The notes below the pieces were generated by a model, which was given only the letters and a program-made list of their open reading frames with translations, searched no databases and was not told the origin of the DNA. 64,000 bases of DNA, taken from contig OZ287068.1 in the NCBI GenBank assembly GCA_965645245.1, forward strand, positions 2,108,001 to 2,172,000, in the 5' to 3' direction. The stretch comes from Massalongia carnosa. Taxonomy: Eukaryota. The translations under genes were made by a program, and so were the position numbers. Shown here piece after piece: positions 47,641-59,233 of this stretch (position 1 is its first letter; the number at the start of each line of letters is the position of its first letter).

Positions 47641-50614
47641 TCAACCACTACACATGACGCATGCCTCCTTGTTTTCGATGCTACCTGTTTGGTCGTTAGT
47701 CTGCAGATCAGAACTAGAAATCAACTACCTTACACTGTAGCAGCTTTTCAGCATAGATGTCCTCTTCGCTCGTGGTACTGGTCTCCTTGCTATCTTCATC
47801 CTGCTTTTTTAGCTCTTTAATTGCAGGCTCGGGCAGCTCTTCGTCTTTATCAGGAATATCTAGGGGATACGTTGCTAGGGTTCTTGGGCTTTCGCCTTCC
47901 TCGGCATCGGCTTTAAAAGCAGGTAGAGCTTCAGATTCCTTCTTTGACGGCGGCGAGAACTTTAGATTCTCCAAGCCTAAAGGCGGTGTCGACGTAGGAG
48001 TCGGTGTGGTAGTCGGGGAAAGAGGTTTGTACATGGGCCGGGGTACAGCCGAATGCGAATTGGAAGAGTATCCGGCATTAGGAATCGATCGCTTCTTACT
48101 TGACCCAGCCCGTGCGATATTGGTATCAGCCACTTTGAGTTGTTCTTGGTCCACTGTGAATTGAATTGGAGCCGAAGCAGCCATAGTGCGAAGGTAATAC
48201 ATGCCCGTCTTCAAACCGAGTTTCCAGCCTGCGAAATGCATACTTGTGATTTTACCCATGGTTGGCTCCTTTAGATGGATGTTTAGAGACTGAGACTGAT
48301 CGATGAAAGCACCACGGTCGGCAGACATTTCAACAATAGTCTTCTGGGAGATTTCCCATACAGTCTTGTACAAGGCCTTGATATCTGCTGGTATGTTGGG
48401 AATGTTTTGAATCGATCCTCCATCAGCAATGATGCGATTTTTCATATTGTCCGACCAAAGGCCCATGTCAACCAGGTCTTTCAAGAGCCAAGGATTGACA
48501 ACTTGAAATTCCCCAGCTAAGACGCGACGAGAGTAGATATTTGAAGTATATGGCTCAAAACACTCATTGAAACCAAGGATCTGGCTTGTACTAGCAGTGG
48601 GCATAGGTGCTACCAACAAGCTATTTCGGACCCCATGCTTCGCAATCTCAACCTTGAGGGAAGTCCAGTCCCAGAGATCGGTAGGTGTGACGTTCCACAT
48701 GTCATACTGCAAGATGCCCTGAGATACAGGTGAACCATTGTAAGTCGAGTACGCACCGTACTTCTCCGCTTCTTTGCAGGATGCTGTAAGGGCGGCATGA
48801 TATATGGTCTCGAAAATTTGTTTGTTCAGATGTTTTGCTTCCGGAGAATCAAACGGAAGTCGAAGTGCAAGGAAAGCGTCAGCAAGACCTTGAACACCAA
48901 GTCCAATGGGTCGATGTCTGAAGTTGCTCCGCCTCGCCTCTTCCACAGGATAATGGTTAACCTCAATGATCTTATTCAGATTCACGACTAGAACCTGGGT
49001 TACTTCATGCAGTCTGGCGAAGTCATATTGACCACGGACTGCATCCACAAAAGTCGGCAAAGCCAGGGAGGCCAAGTTACAGACAGCGACTTCATCAGGT
49101 GCAGTGTATTCGATGATTTCGGTGCAAAGGTTTGAGCTGCGAATAGTGCCCAGGTTCTTTTGGTTGCTTTTACGATTGCAAGCATCCTTGTACAACATAT
49201 AAGGATTTCCAGTCTCCGTCTGGGCTTCTAGAATGGAGTACCACAGCTTCTGAGCCTTGATGGTTTTTCTTCCGCGGCCTTCTCGTTCGTATCTACACTA
49301 TATTTAGCTCTAGTCTCGATACTATAATATCTTGAACGTACTTCTCATAGAGTGCTTCGAATTCGTCACCATATACGTCAGCCAGACCAGGAGCTTCATT
49401 CGGGCACATCAACGTCCATTCTTTATTCGTCTCAACTCGCTTCATGAATAGATCCGGTACCCAAAGCGCAAGAAAGAGATCCCGGGCTCGGACCTCCTCT
49501 TTGCCATGATTTTTCCGAAGATCTAAGAACTCAAACACATCGGCGTGCCATGGCTCTAGATAGATGGCGAAAGCGCCCGGGCGTTTGTTCCCTCCTTGAT
49601 CAACATATCGCGCAGTATTGTTGAAGACTCGAAGCATTGGAACAATTCCATTGGAAGAACCATTAGTTCCGCTGATATAAGACCCTGTAGCACGAATACG
49701 GTGGACATTCACGCCAATACCTCCAGCAGTTTTCGAGATCAAGGCACAAGTTTTCAGTGTGTCATAAATGCCTTCAATGCTGTCGTCCTTTATGTCAATC
49801 AAGAAACACGACGCTAGTTGTGGCTGTGGTGTTCCTGCATTGAAGAGGGTGGGGGATGCGTGGGTGAAGCATTTCTGCGACATGAGGTTATAAGTCTCAA
49901 TCGCCTTCTCGATGTCCTCCTCGTGGATGCCAACAGCGACTCGCATGATCATATGTTGTGGGCGCTCAGCGACTTTACCATCTGTACGGAGCAAGTATGA
50001 CCTCTCGAGTGTCTTGAATCCAAAGTATTGATAATTGAAATCTCGGTCATAGACGATGGCAGAGTTTAGTTCCTCGGCATGTTTCATGATGATCTCATGT
50101 GTCTTCTTAGATATCATAGGGGCCGGTTTTTTGTTCTTCGGATTGACGTAGTGAAATAAGTCGTCGATCACAGATGAGAACTGCTTTTTCGTTTGCTTAT
50201 GGAGGTTCGAGACCGCAATGCGAGCTGCGAGGATTGCATAATCAGGGTGGGTAACAGTCATGTAAGCAGCTGTTTCGGCAGCCTGCGGGCAGTGGTTAAC
50301 AGCGGGTCCAACAGTACATGCTCTTTTTCAACTCACTAGGTTATCTAGCTCAATAGTGGTGACGCCCTGGTACACCCCAGAGATGACCTTCTGTGTGATA
50401 GCTGCAGCATCAACATGTTCGGCGTCAAGGCCATAGCACAATCTCGAAACACGAGCTGTGATTTTGTCAAATTGTACTCGCTCCTTCCGGCCATCTAACA
50501 GATTTTGAGTCAGTTCATGCTATGAAAATATTGGAGAGCTAAACTTCGCACATGAAATCAAGAAAAGTTCAAGCTATGATTTCTCAAAGACATACCTCGC
50601 TTATATACAAACAT
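47641..50614 (-). CDS. RNR1: Ribonucleoside-diphosphate reductase large subunit
   Basis: Start [71 protein letters not shown], terminal exon [13 protein letters not shown]. Confidence 0.97.
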
Positions 50615-50817
50615 GTCGAATCCTCGGCTTGGAAGAGATTTCTCAAGGTTTGCAGGGTGACAAAAGTGCGAAAGAAGTTAGTTAAGGATAATCCTGCAGC
50701 AGAAGAGCCCAGTCGAGTGAGAAGAATAAAGCGGTAGGACCAAGAGGTAGATTGGTTCATGAATTAAGTGCGATGAGATGCAGGAGCAGAACATGGAAGG
50801 GATTTGACTTTAGAGAT

Positions 50818-50839
50818 GACGCGCCAACACAGCGCGTTA
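50818..50839. promoter_or_regulatory. Two MCB-like ACGCG elements upstream of RNR1
   Basis: GACGCGCC and AGCGCGTT (reverse complement AACGCGCT) about 205-225 bp upstream of the ATG; RNR large-subunit genes are established MBF targets in yeasts. Confidence 0.45.
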
Positions 50840-51783
50840 GTTAAGTGTTTTCGTGTTTGATTGAAGATGCGCTAAGATAAGATAACGACCCCCTTTCTCC
50901 CCTTTTACATCCCTAGATATTGTCCCTTTTGTCATTGTCAAACGATATTCACGTTCAATACTAATCAGTGATCATACCAGAAGACCAAGGGAGAGCTCTC
51001 AGTTTATACCTTTTGTAGACATTGTCTGAGGATGGTATGATGCGGCGTTTGGCGCTGCGGCTGGATGGTGAGCAGAAGATGGTGTTGGACTAAGAGCAGA
51101 GCAAATTTAGCGTGCGAGGAGCCTGCTGATCATGGCTATATGCAAGTATGATGTGATTATTTCAATTCTCGGGGTGTTTTTTTATTCGACCAACATATTG
51201 TTGTTGATTTCTTTCATCACTTTCTAAGTCCATCCAAAAGCTCGTTGCTTTGGGCAAATTCATGGCTTATCTCAACAATCTTCCAAATCTTTCTATGCCT
51301 CCCTTATCCAGCTAAATCTCATCACCATATCCGTGAACGCAAATGGTATACAGCGTTCCTACTTATCATGCACTCAAAGTGTTTCGAGTTGCGGGAAATA
51401 TTTCCCTGAGGTGTTCCTCAAGATAATCCTAAACACACTACCTACACACAAAACAAAAAATCTCGTCGTTCCCTCTCATCACTATTGTTTTGTTGCGTAC
51501 CTAAAAATAATTAAAAGACTACCGCGTTGGAACTTCTTTCCCTTAATTCCAAAGCCAACTCCAGAGAAACCGGGCCAGAAAATACGGAAGCGGGGGAAGT
51601 ATCTGCCAGCAGAGCCTCCTTGATACGCATAGAAGTATTTTATTCATAAGGTCCGTAACAATCCTAACGGCCATTAGTACCCCCCGGTATCATTTGCCCC
51701 CCACAATCTCCTTATTCTACTACCTTGGTTAAACTAACTCTCCCTCCCCACTTCTCGACAGCTCCTCAACCAATTGCAAAAAA

Positions 51784-52026
51784 ATGTCGAGTGCCTGGTC
51801 TTGCTGCGCGTGCAGCGCTACAAATGCAGGCGTTCATTACTGCACCCGCTGTGGGCATTTCGTCTGTCTAGGCTGTGGTTCGCCGGCGGCTACTACTTTT
51901 GCTTTTGGTCCTATTTCCCGCCCAGGTAGAGAGGGGGGAGAAGGAGGAAAGAGACGGAAGGCTAGTGGGAAAGAAAAGGGAAAGGCAGCTAAGAGAGAGG
52001 GGAATGCGACGATGTGGTCGACATAG
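51784..52026 (+). CDS. Small Cys/His-rich (double zinc-ribbon-like) protein, 80 aa
   Basis: A-rich start context CAAAAAAATGT after a CT-rich tract; WSCCAC..CTRCGHFVCLGC; basic tail. Confidence 0.55.
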   Translation: MSSAWSCCACSATNAGVHYCTRCGHFVCLGCGSPAATTFAFGPISRPGREGGEGGKRRKASGKEKGKAAKREGNATMWST

Positions 52027-55000
52027 TAGCAACGGTATAAGGTAGAGATGGGAATAAGGCAAGCAATAGTGTATTACGAGAACGGAAGACTAAGAGGTTC
52101 TTGTAATGAAGGGAATGTTAGCATGTACGCATTCTTGGACAAAGGTAAATGCCGGGTTCGTGGAACAGATATTATTTTCTATAAAAGCACCCATGAGATA
52201 GGAAGATAATTGACATCCATACACTCCGCAATTCATGCATTTGCGAACTGCTCATCCAGCGATTCCTTTTCGGCCGCACGAGTACAGCCACTAGTACAAA
52301 GCTCGACGAAGCCCTCGAACACTTATCAATATCTTGAGTTTTGTTCCATGGATATGCGATTATCCTCTACGTCAAGTTTATGTTAGCTAAGATTCGGGAA
52401 AGATGAAGACACCTGAACCTAACAGAAAAGATCAGCAAAGTGCTTCATTTTCCCGTATATGGCGAGGAAGATACGCTTGATAGGAAAGCTATAGGAAACT
52501 TAGGTTTTCGATGGGGCTTATAGATCTTCTTTCTGCCTGGCTCGGAGTATACTTAACGAGTTACTGAGTGCTGACTTCTTAAGCCCTTCTTATTGGAAAT
52601 CTGACCATCAATCCACCGCTATTTACTTCCTTGCCTAACTCCCTGTAGAAAACTCAGTGCTTCAGTAACGTCTTGTCCGAACCTCAAAATATATCGCAGA
52701 TATAGTTGTAAAGCAGTTTCATCAAGGGAATAAACAAAGCCTAGTACGCAGTGAGGAGCATATCATGGAAATCTTTAACTTTAAGCTATAATGAGTTTCA
52801 CAGTTGTCTTAAAGTATTAAGTCCATCAGCTGAGTTCTCAGAAACGAAGCCAAGTTAAGCATTTTGTAGGATCGGAAGGTTCTCGTACAACATAAAAGAA
52901 TTACAAAAATAGACCGAGAAGAGAATTTGGAGGGTATCTATGGCGTTGAAAAATGATAAAGTTAAAGAAAGTTGTCTCTGGGATCGATAATTAAGAGAAG
53001 ACTGCGGTACATGATTTGAATCGATTGCTTTATTATGTCTGATTTTCGTCAGAGAATCTATCTCGGCCCGGGTAAGCAGCTTGGTTAAGGCACAAAGCGA
53101 GGAAAATAATAATAAGACGCTGTGAAACCCATAGTGTAAGGAGAAGTGGAAGGGGGTAAGAATATGTGTGCGACCCCGACAAAGACACAGAAAGTCTTAA
53201 AACATTTCCCCCGAACATGAACTTGTCTTAAGGCCTGAAAACCCTCATCTTCTATGCTTGTGTTCGCATCTCTTTTTTGTTGTCTACGAAACGAAGACCA
53301 GCTCAATAAAGGATCTGGTTGTTTGACAAAGCCCTGTGTCATCGCCTATAAGAATCTGTCGATTCCAGCGCTTCCTCTTGGTCTTATTCACCATCTCCAA
53401 CCACTCCAAAAACAAGTTTAAAACCTACATCTAAGCTCTCAACAGAGCTTGTTGATCATCAACTCAAAAACCCAACCGTCACTCAATATCATAAAAGCCT
53501 CCATTGATAGGGATGAAGGAATCATCTAAAAGTTCGGCTGATGGGCGCCTCTCAGATGAGATGTATTTCTCGGGCTTTCGAGGCCTATTTGACGGTAGCA
53601 TAGGCGAGAGAGAAGCGGAGGAGCGTGCTTCTCGTAAGGATAGCCTCTGGAAAACCCAATGGGCAATCGAGATGGATTTCGGGGAAAGGCTTCTCGCTCG
53701 TGGCAAGGGTGTGCGGCGGCCGGATAAGAACTTTCTTCCCAGCAGGCGTTAGTCTAGGCACATAATGGCGAATCCACTGCATGAAAACGATTTGAAGCCA
53801 CTTGTCACCCAACGAAAAGCCCGTTCCTAGGAGTAAGTGCTTTGCAACATTTGACAAGCGCAAAGCGTAAAGCAAGAAGGGTTTTAGGTTATATTGTCTT
53901 CCTACAATTTCCCGTTTTATCTTCTGCAATAGGTGTAGCCTTTAAGATCCTCCGCTTTAGCTTGCTGGAGAACAGCTATATTGCATGTAAGAGAATACTT
54001 AAAGCGGCCGAAACCTTTTTTGCATCACGTAAAAAAAATACCTCGCTGTCTAAAACCTGATAGAAGTTGATAATCTTTGGTCAGGGCGTTTACATTAGTC
54101 GTTAGCGTTAGGACTTTTCAGCTGTCTCCATCATAATTTAGATTCAATCTAACCAAAGTTTGTTCTGAAAAGTACTATATGAGATCTATTGATGATCCAA
54201 TACTCTTGCTTGAGGACTTGAACCCATTTCATTTCATCTCAACAAAGAGTTGAATCAATAGGTGCAAGGATATTATTAAGAGAGGATGTTGACGTTGTCA
54301 AAGAAAGGGGGCGGCTGTTGCTGAAGCAACCAGTTCCGTTCCAGCATACGGCTCCACCACTTCCGTTCCGAATGTGGCTTAACACGATGAAGCCTTAGAC
54401 TATCCCAAGCAACTTCTTGTGACCCATCCAACTATCCAACCTCTCTAGAAAACGGGGTCTTTCCTAATTCCAGAGCCATAACTAAGTTTATAACTATTTC
54501 AACGGCGAAACGTATCTAAATCGTCTTGTCTGATAAATTCTAAAACCCGATTTCAGCACTATAGCTGCTCCTACTAACCGTTCTTGCCAGGCAACAAGCA
54601 GATGAACAGTTCCGTCTTTGCTTTGGCCCTACAGGTTTCTCCCCATAGAGTGCTCTAAATAATAAACCAGTATCCTGATTGAAGATAGAATTTTTTATCG
54701 CAACTTATGATATTCCAACCAAAGACTTTGTCCGTTTTCTTAAAGGCAGAATCTCATCACATTGGCTCTGATGCCGTAAGTCTACATTAATGCCAATTTC
54801 ATTTCAATATAGGACTTGCTTGAATCCCCAACGTTGCTTATGAGTCCATACAACTTTCGCAAGGGGTGGAGAGGTTTGTACCCAGCTTCGGTATTTTAAA
54901 TGTAAGTTGTCTATGTTATTATTTTACTGCCAATTGAGACTGAGCACCAAAAAAAGCGAAATCGGCTCATACTTTGACTTGCCTGATGAAGGTGTGACAA

Positions 55001-55781
55001 AAAGATTGAGAGAATTATGCAAAGGCATATGAGTGATATCTCATGAAAATACCCTGGCGTCTTTAAAAGCTCCGATAATGGAAACGATCTCAATTTCGCT
55101 GGCTATTATCATTTGGAAAGCCTTGTCTGAAGCAAATTGGTAGACCGAACTGTCGTTTGTAGAGTGGAGGCGGGATGATATTCCGAAGTTCGCCTAAAAA
55201 ATCTACAGAGACGGCATCGTGGTCTTGTCCCGTTCTCCTCCCCACATCACGTACTCAGACAATCAATATGTTCATCCCACAAATTCACGGCAGGAAGCTC
55301 CACCCATCCCATGATGCGGCTCATCTGTTTCGTTGTTGAAACAGCTTGGAAAGACTCGGAGCGTTTGAGCCTTCAATGCTGGACTTTGATCATGATAATT
55401 TTTCGCACAAGGTGTTATCGTACATACTTAACAAAGATTAAAAAGAGTTCCTTTACCCATCGGTAAGATTCATTGGAGACTACATCAAATGCGCATCTCA
55501 GGAGGAGCGAATACTGGTCATGGTGCTTCAGCAAGGTACGGAGTACATATACAAGATTCTCTAAAGCCGACTTTGTACTCTCTTTAACTTTGCGGCACAT
55601 GGGGCTCGGGGGCGGCTGAGCGAGCTTGGCTTAAAACACCTTGAAGCAATGGTAACGAGTCCGAGCCGCTGAAACTATTTCAACATATAAATTCATGATG
55701 CGTATTCATTTGATAGATATCTGTTTGTTGACTAAATTATACTGTCTAGGTCTCATTAGAGAAGTTACCAGTCCTGGAACA

Positions 55782-56525
55782 ATGCGTCTTAACATTTCTA
55801 CATCCAGGCTTTTGGCCCTGATGCTGAGTTCTTCTGCTTATTGCTTACCAATCACCGGTAAAAGAAAATCCGAGCTCCATCGCTTGGGGGATTCTAGTCC
55901 CAGCCTCCTGGAGAGTGGACAGTCTCCTCTAAACTTGCAGAAGAAGCGGTCGGAGTCAGCTATATTTACCGATCCTGAGGTAACATTGTTCTTTCCTTAC
56001 AATGACCCTCTACCACAGCTAACCAAATGCAGAGAGAAGAGTTTGATAGTACATACTCTCTACAGGTAGAATCATTCCTCTCGCACATTATCGTAATAGA
56101 CACACCAATGCTAAAAAGTGCAGGGACAAGGATCCGAGCATACAGATATTTTAGGAATGCTTCTCGATCCGCAAAGCAGTGGTGACGACCTGGAAAACGA
56201 TGTCTTTTTCGTTGCAGGAAATCCTGAGACAGGAGATCAAAAACTGCAGGACCAACAGCGAGCTAGTAACATGCAAAGTTTTGGGCAGTCGAGTTTGCCA
56301 GCTACGTCTCCGTCTCTGCCGGTTTCACAGACCCGCCCCCAGTCGCCCATAAGGACCGTTCATCCACCGAGGAAACAAGTTCCACAAGTGGACACGATAC
56401 CTAACCCCCGCCCAGTAATACCGCCATGGGGTGGGAATTCAGGATCCAATACGGGAATTCCATCTGAGGAGTTGAACTACGACGCTCCGCAGTCGAAAGC
56501 GAACACGTGGTGGGGCCAGTCGTGA
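55782..56525 (+). CDS. Orphan secreted protein with dibasic sites
   Basis: Signal peptide MRLNISTSRLLALMLSSSAYC-LP; KR and KKR; two short phase-0 GT..AG introns (~55980-56031, ~56066-56123) join to GQGSEHTDIL..WWGQS*. Confidence 0.55.
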
Positions 56526-58360
56526 TCTCTCAACCTAGTTGAAGAACGAGCCTCCATTCTCTTCCATTAGCTCCCTCCAATAGCTGACCAGGATTTAGTA
56601 TGGAGGGTCTGGTGAGCTCGGAGTTTACATACTTTGAAGGAGAATATGTGTAATTTTTACAAAGTCGGGGGTTCTCTTAAAGTAAATCCATCTACGTAAA
56701 GAAACTTGGAAAACCCCGCAAAGTTTTGGTTTGGTTCTGAGTACCGAATGCACTCTCTGCGCTTTATCGCTAATCGACTCTTTCCAAACCAAGAATGAAA
56801 ACATTAAAACCCGACGTCTGCGCTGTTTGTCTACTCAATCTCGCCTTCAACAAAACACTATTTCCAAGTCTAGTTTCCACCTCATTAGATCTATTATCGA
56901 GCCGAACAACTGGTAGAATACCGATAAATCAAAATCACTCTATCCCTTTTCCGGCTTCCCTGGCGGACCTTTTTACTCCATTCACCCCAATCTACTCCCC
57001 CCTATCCCGCCTACCGCCTACGAAAGATTCTTCTCATCTCTTTCTTTCTCCCTTCCCTAGTAATCCTCCTGTCAAGAGAGGTCCTAACTCTACGAATAGC
57101 TCCCTAAAATCCATCCCAATCCTCCACTTCCGCTTACCAATCTCACCAGCGCAACGAAATCCCTTGCCGCCATGAATGAATAGGGTAGATGAGTCTTTTC
57201 TTTTGAAAACAGGAGATCTCTTATTGCGCTTCTTAGGTTTACAGCCTTATTCAGATCATCATGTTTGCCAATTTAAAATTGATATTCAAGGTAGGATGCT
57301 TCCGTATCACCGGGGATCCTTATCTGCGGATCATTTTCAAGCTTGCTGTTCATTCGTTCTCTTTGTTGTGTCATTCGTGACATTGGTATCACAGCAGAAA
57401 CCTTGGGAGCCGTTTGGGGACTTGCGAGAGGGAATGCTTTTCGGCGGGGAAGCAACACGGGAGCGGATGCCGAAACTAGTGCTGACGAATATCGACGTCA
57501 AAACGGGAAGGGAGGAGGGGGGGATGGTCAGGGCATTGGCGGGTAAAAGGCAAGAGAATAATATCTGTAGAGGCACGTTTTCCTTGGTTTTTCACATCGC
57601 GAAATCCATTTACTTGAAACTCAAAAACAACAAACCTATCCTTTCGCCTCTAGCTTTTCTCTTCAAGTCAAGCTCGTGGCTCATCATCCTTTCAAACCGA
57701 ACCATCACCAATCTTTCAGCTTTCCCTTTCTATGGAACGCCTCCTCGAAGGCCTCAACCTGGATTCGACAATAGGAGAAGCAATCAGTGCAGTTAACGGT
57801 ATAATGATTGCACATGCTACACCAGATTTCGCTGCCGTCATTCTCTGCGCTGCAGTTGCAGCAGGTCCAGGACATGATATTCTGAGGGGTGGAATATTCG
57901 GAATTGTTAGATGGTTGGGGTCTTGTTGGGAAAATTGAGCGAGTTTGTCTTTGTGACTGTTTGAGGAATGAACGATGCTGATGATGATCGAAAATGTTGA
58001 ATCGAATAGAAAAACATATGTTAAGTTTAGTTTTATATATCTACCAAAACGCGAGGCATAGCGCTTTAGGAAACAGCGAAATTACTGAGCACAAAGGGAG
58101 AGTCCCCGAAATATTTAATTACTTATCGTTTCTTCTTTGTTAGAAGACCATAAATTCTTCAGTTTTTTTTTTTAATAAAACAATAGGGTTGGTATGAACG
58201 GCGGAACAAAGAAGATGGAATTCTCTGCTTTTGTCCTAGAAGTGTACAAAAGACCAGGATGAGACTGCCGAAAAGAGAAAAGTATGTCAACCTTGGGTGA
58301 TAGATTACTGGTCGAGTTAAAGGACACAAGTGATATGGCAGATAGTGAAATAGATGGTAC

Positions 58361-58422
58361 GCATTCGCATTCGCATTCGCGTTCGTATTCGTGTTCGCGT
58401 TCGCGTTCGTGTTCGTGTTCGT
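58361..58422. repeat. Degenerate (GYRTTC)n hexamer repeat
   Basis: About ten copies of GCATTC/GCGTTC/GTGTTC, 200 bp upstream of the DUF1349 gene. Confidence 0.85.
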
Positions 58423-58621
58423 ACTTCGATTTCTAACTAATATCTTCGACAGAAAGATGTTGTGAATTAGTCGTGTCTTTCTGGACGACCTATATTATAA
58501 AGGGATATGTATCCCAACCTTTCTATGGTCCTGAATCATAGCTCTCCAACTGTCCATTTGTGGCATCTTTGCGGTGATAGAAAACCCTGAACTAGACGGT
58601 ACGCCATCGTCTCTGCTCACT

Positions 58622-59233
58622 ATGACCTCCCAGAATACCTTGCATTCTTTCAACCTCTCTAATCCTCCTCCGTCGCCTCTTCCCCCCAAATTCACCTTGA
58701 CGGTGCCCTCAAATACCGACATTTGGCACACTCCTTCCAAGGGCTCTATCTTCACCGCGCCGATCCATTACACAAGACTTTCGCTCTCCTCCTTTCGCAC
58801 AGCTCGCGTGACTGTCTCCGGGTCACTGTCCCAACTCTACGATCAAGGTGGCTTGCTGCTGGCATTTCCTTCCTCTGACGCAACACCAACGCGGTGGATT
58901 AAGTTAGGCATCGAACGTACCGACACAGGCAAGGGCCAGCTGAGCACTGTTGCATGCGATCGCTATGCCGACTGGAGTCTCCAGACATTGACTGACTCAG
59001 ATTCGTCGAGTTTGACCGTCGAGTTCGAGCGCAAACCAGGCTCGGACGCGCTTGGGGCATACTGGGTGGTCGAGGGGCAAAGAAGGATGGTAAGAGAAGT
59101 GACATGGCCGTTGGTTGCTAATGAAGAGGTGGATGGGCAAATCTGGGTAGGCGTGTACGCGGCTAGGCCTTCAAAGGTGAAAGATGGGTTGACGATGGAA
59201 TTTTCACAATTTGCGATAAAGGATGAGCATTGA
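58622..59233 (+). CDS. DUF1349 / Ree1-like concanavalin-fold protein
   Basis: TDIW.TP, YDQGGL, WIKLGIE, STVACDRYADWSL, REVTW, WVGVYAARP; ATG 58622; intronless. Confidence 0.85.
   Translation: MTSQNTLHSFNLSNPPPSPLPPKFTLTVPSNTDIWHTPSKGSIFTAPIHYTRLSLSSFRTARVTVSGSLSQLYDQGGLLLAFPSSDATPTRWIKLGIERTDTGKGQLSTVACDRYADWSLQTLTDSDSSSLTVEFERKPGSDALGAYWVVEGQRRMVREVTWPLVANEEVDGQIWVGVYAARPSKVKDGLTMEFSQFAIKDEH

Noticed and set aside
52100..55600. Coding-like but stop-interrupted stretch (e.g. ORF 53585-53929)
   Set aside because: May be a decayed gene or element, but I recognise no family; needs BLASTX.
57337..57576. Signal-peptide-like minus-strand ORF with a GFCC motif
   Set aside because: Starts with GTG and stops early; at best an unsupported pseudogene.
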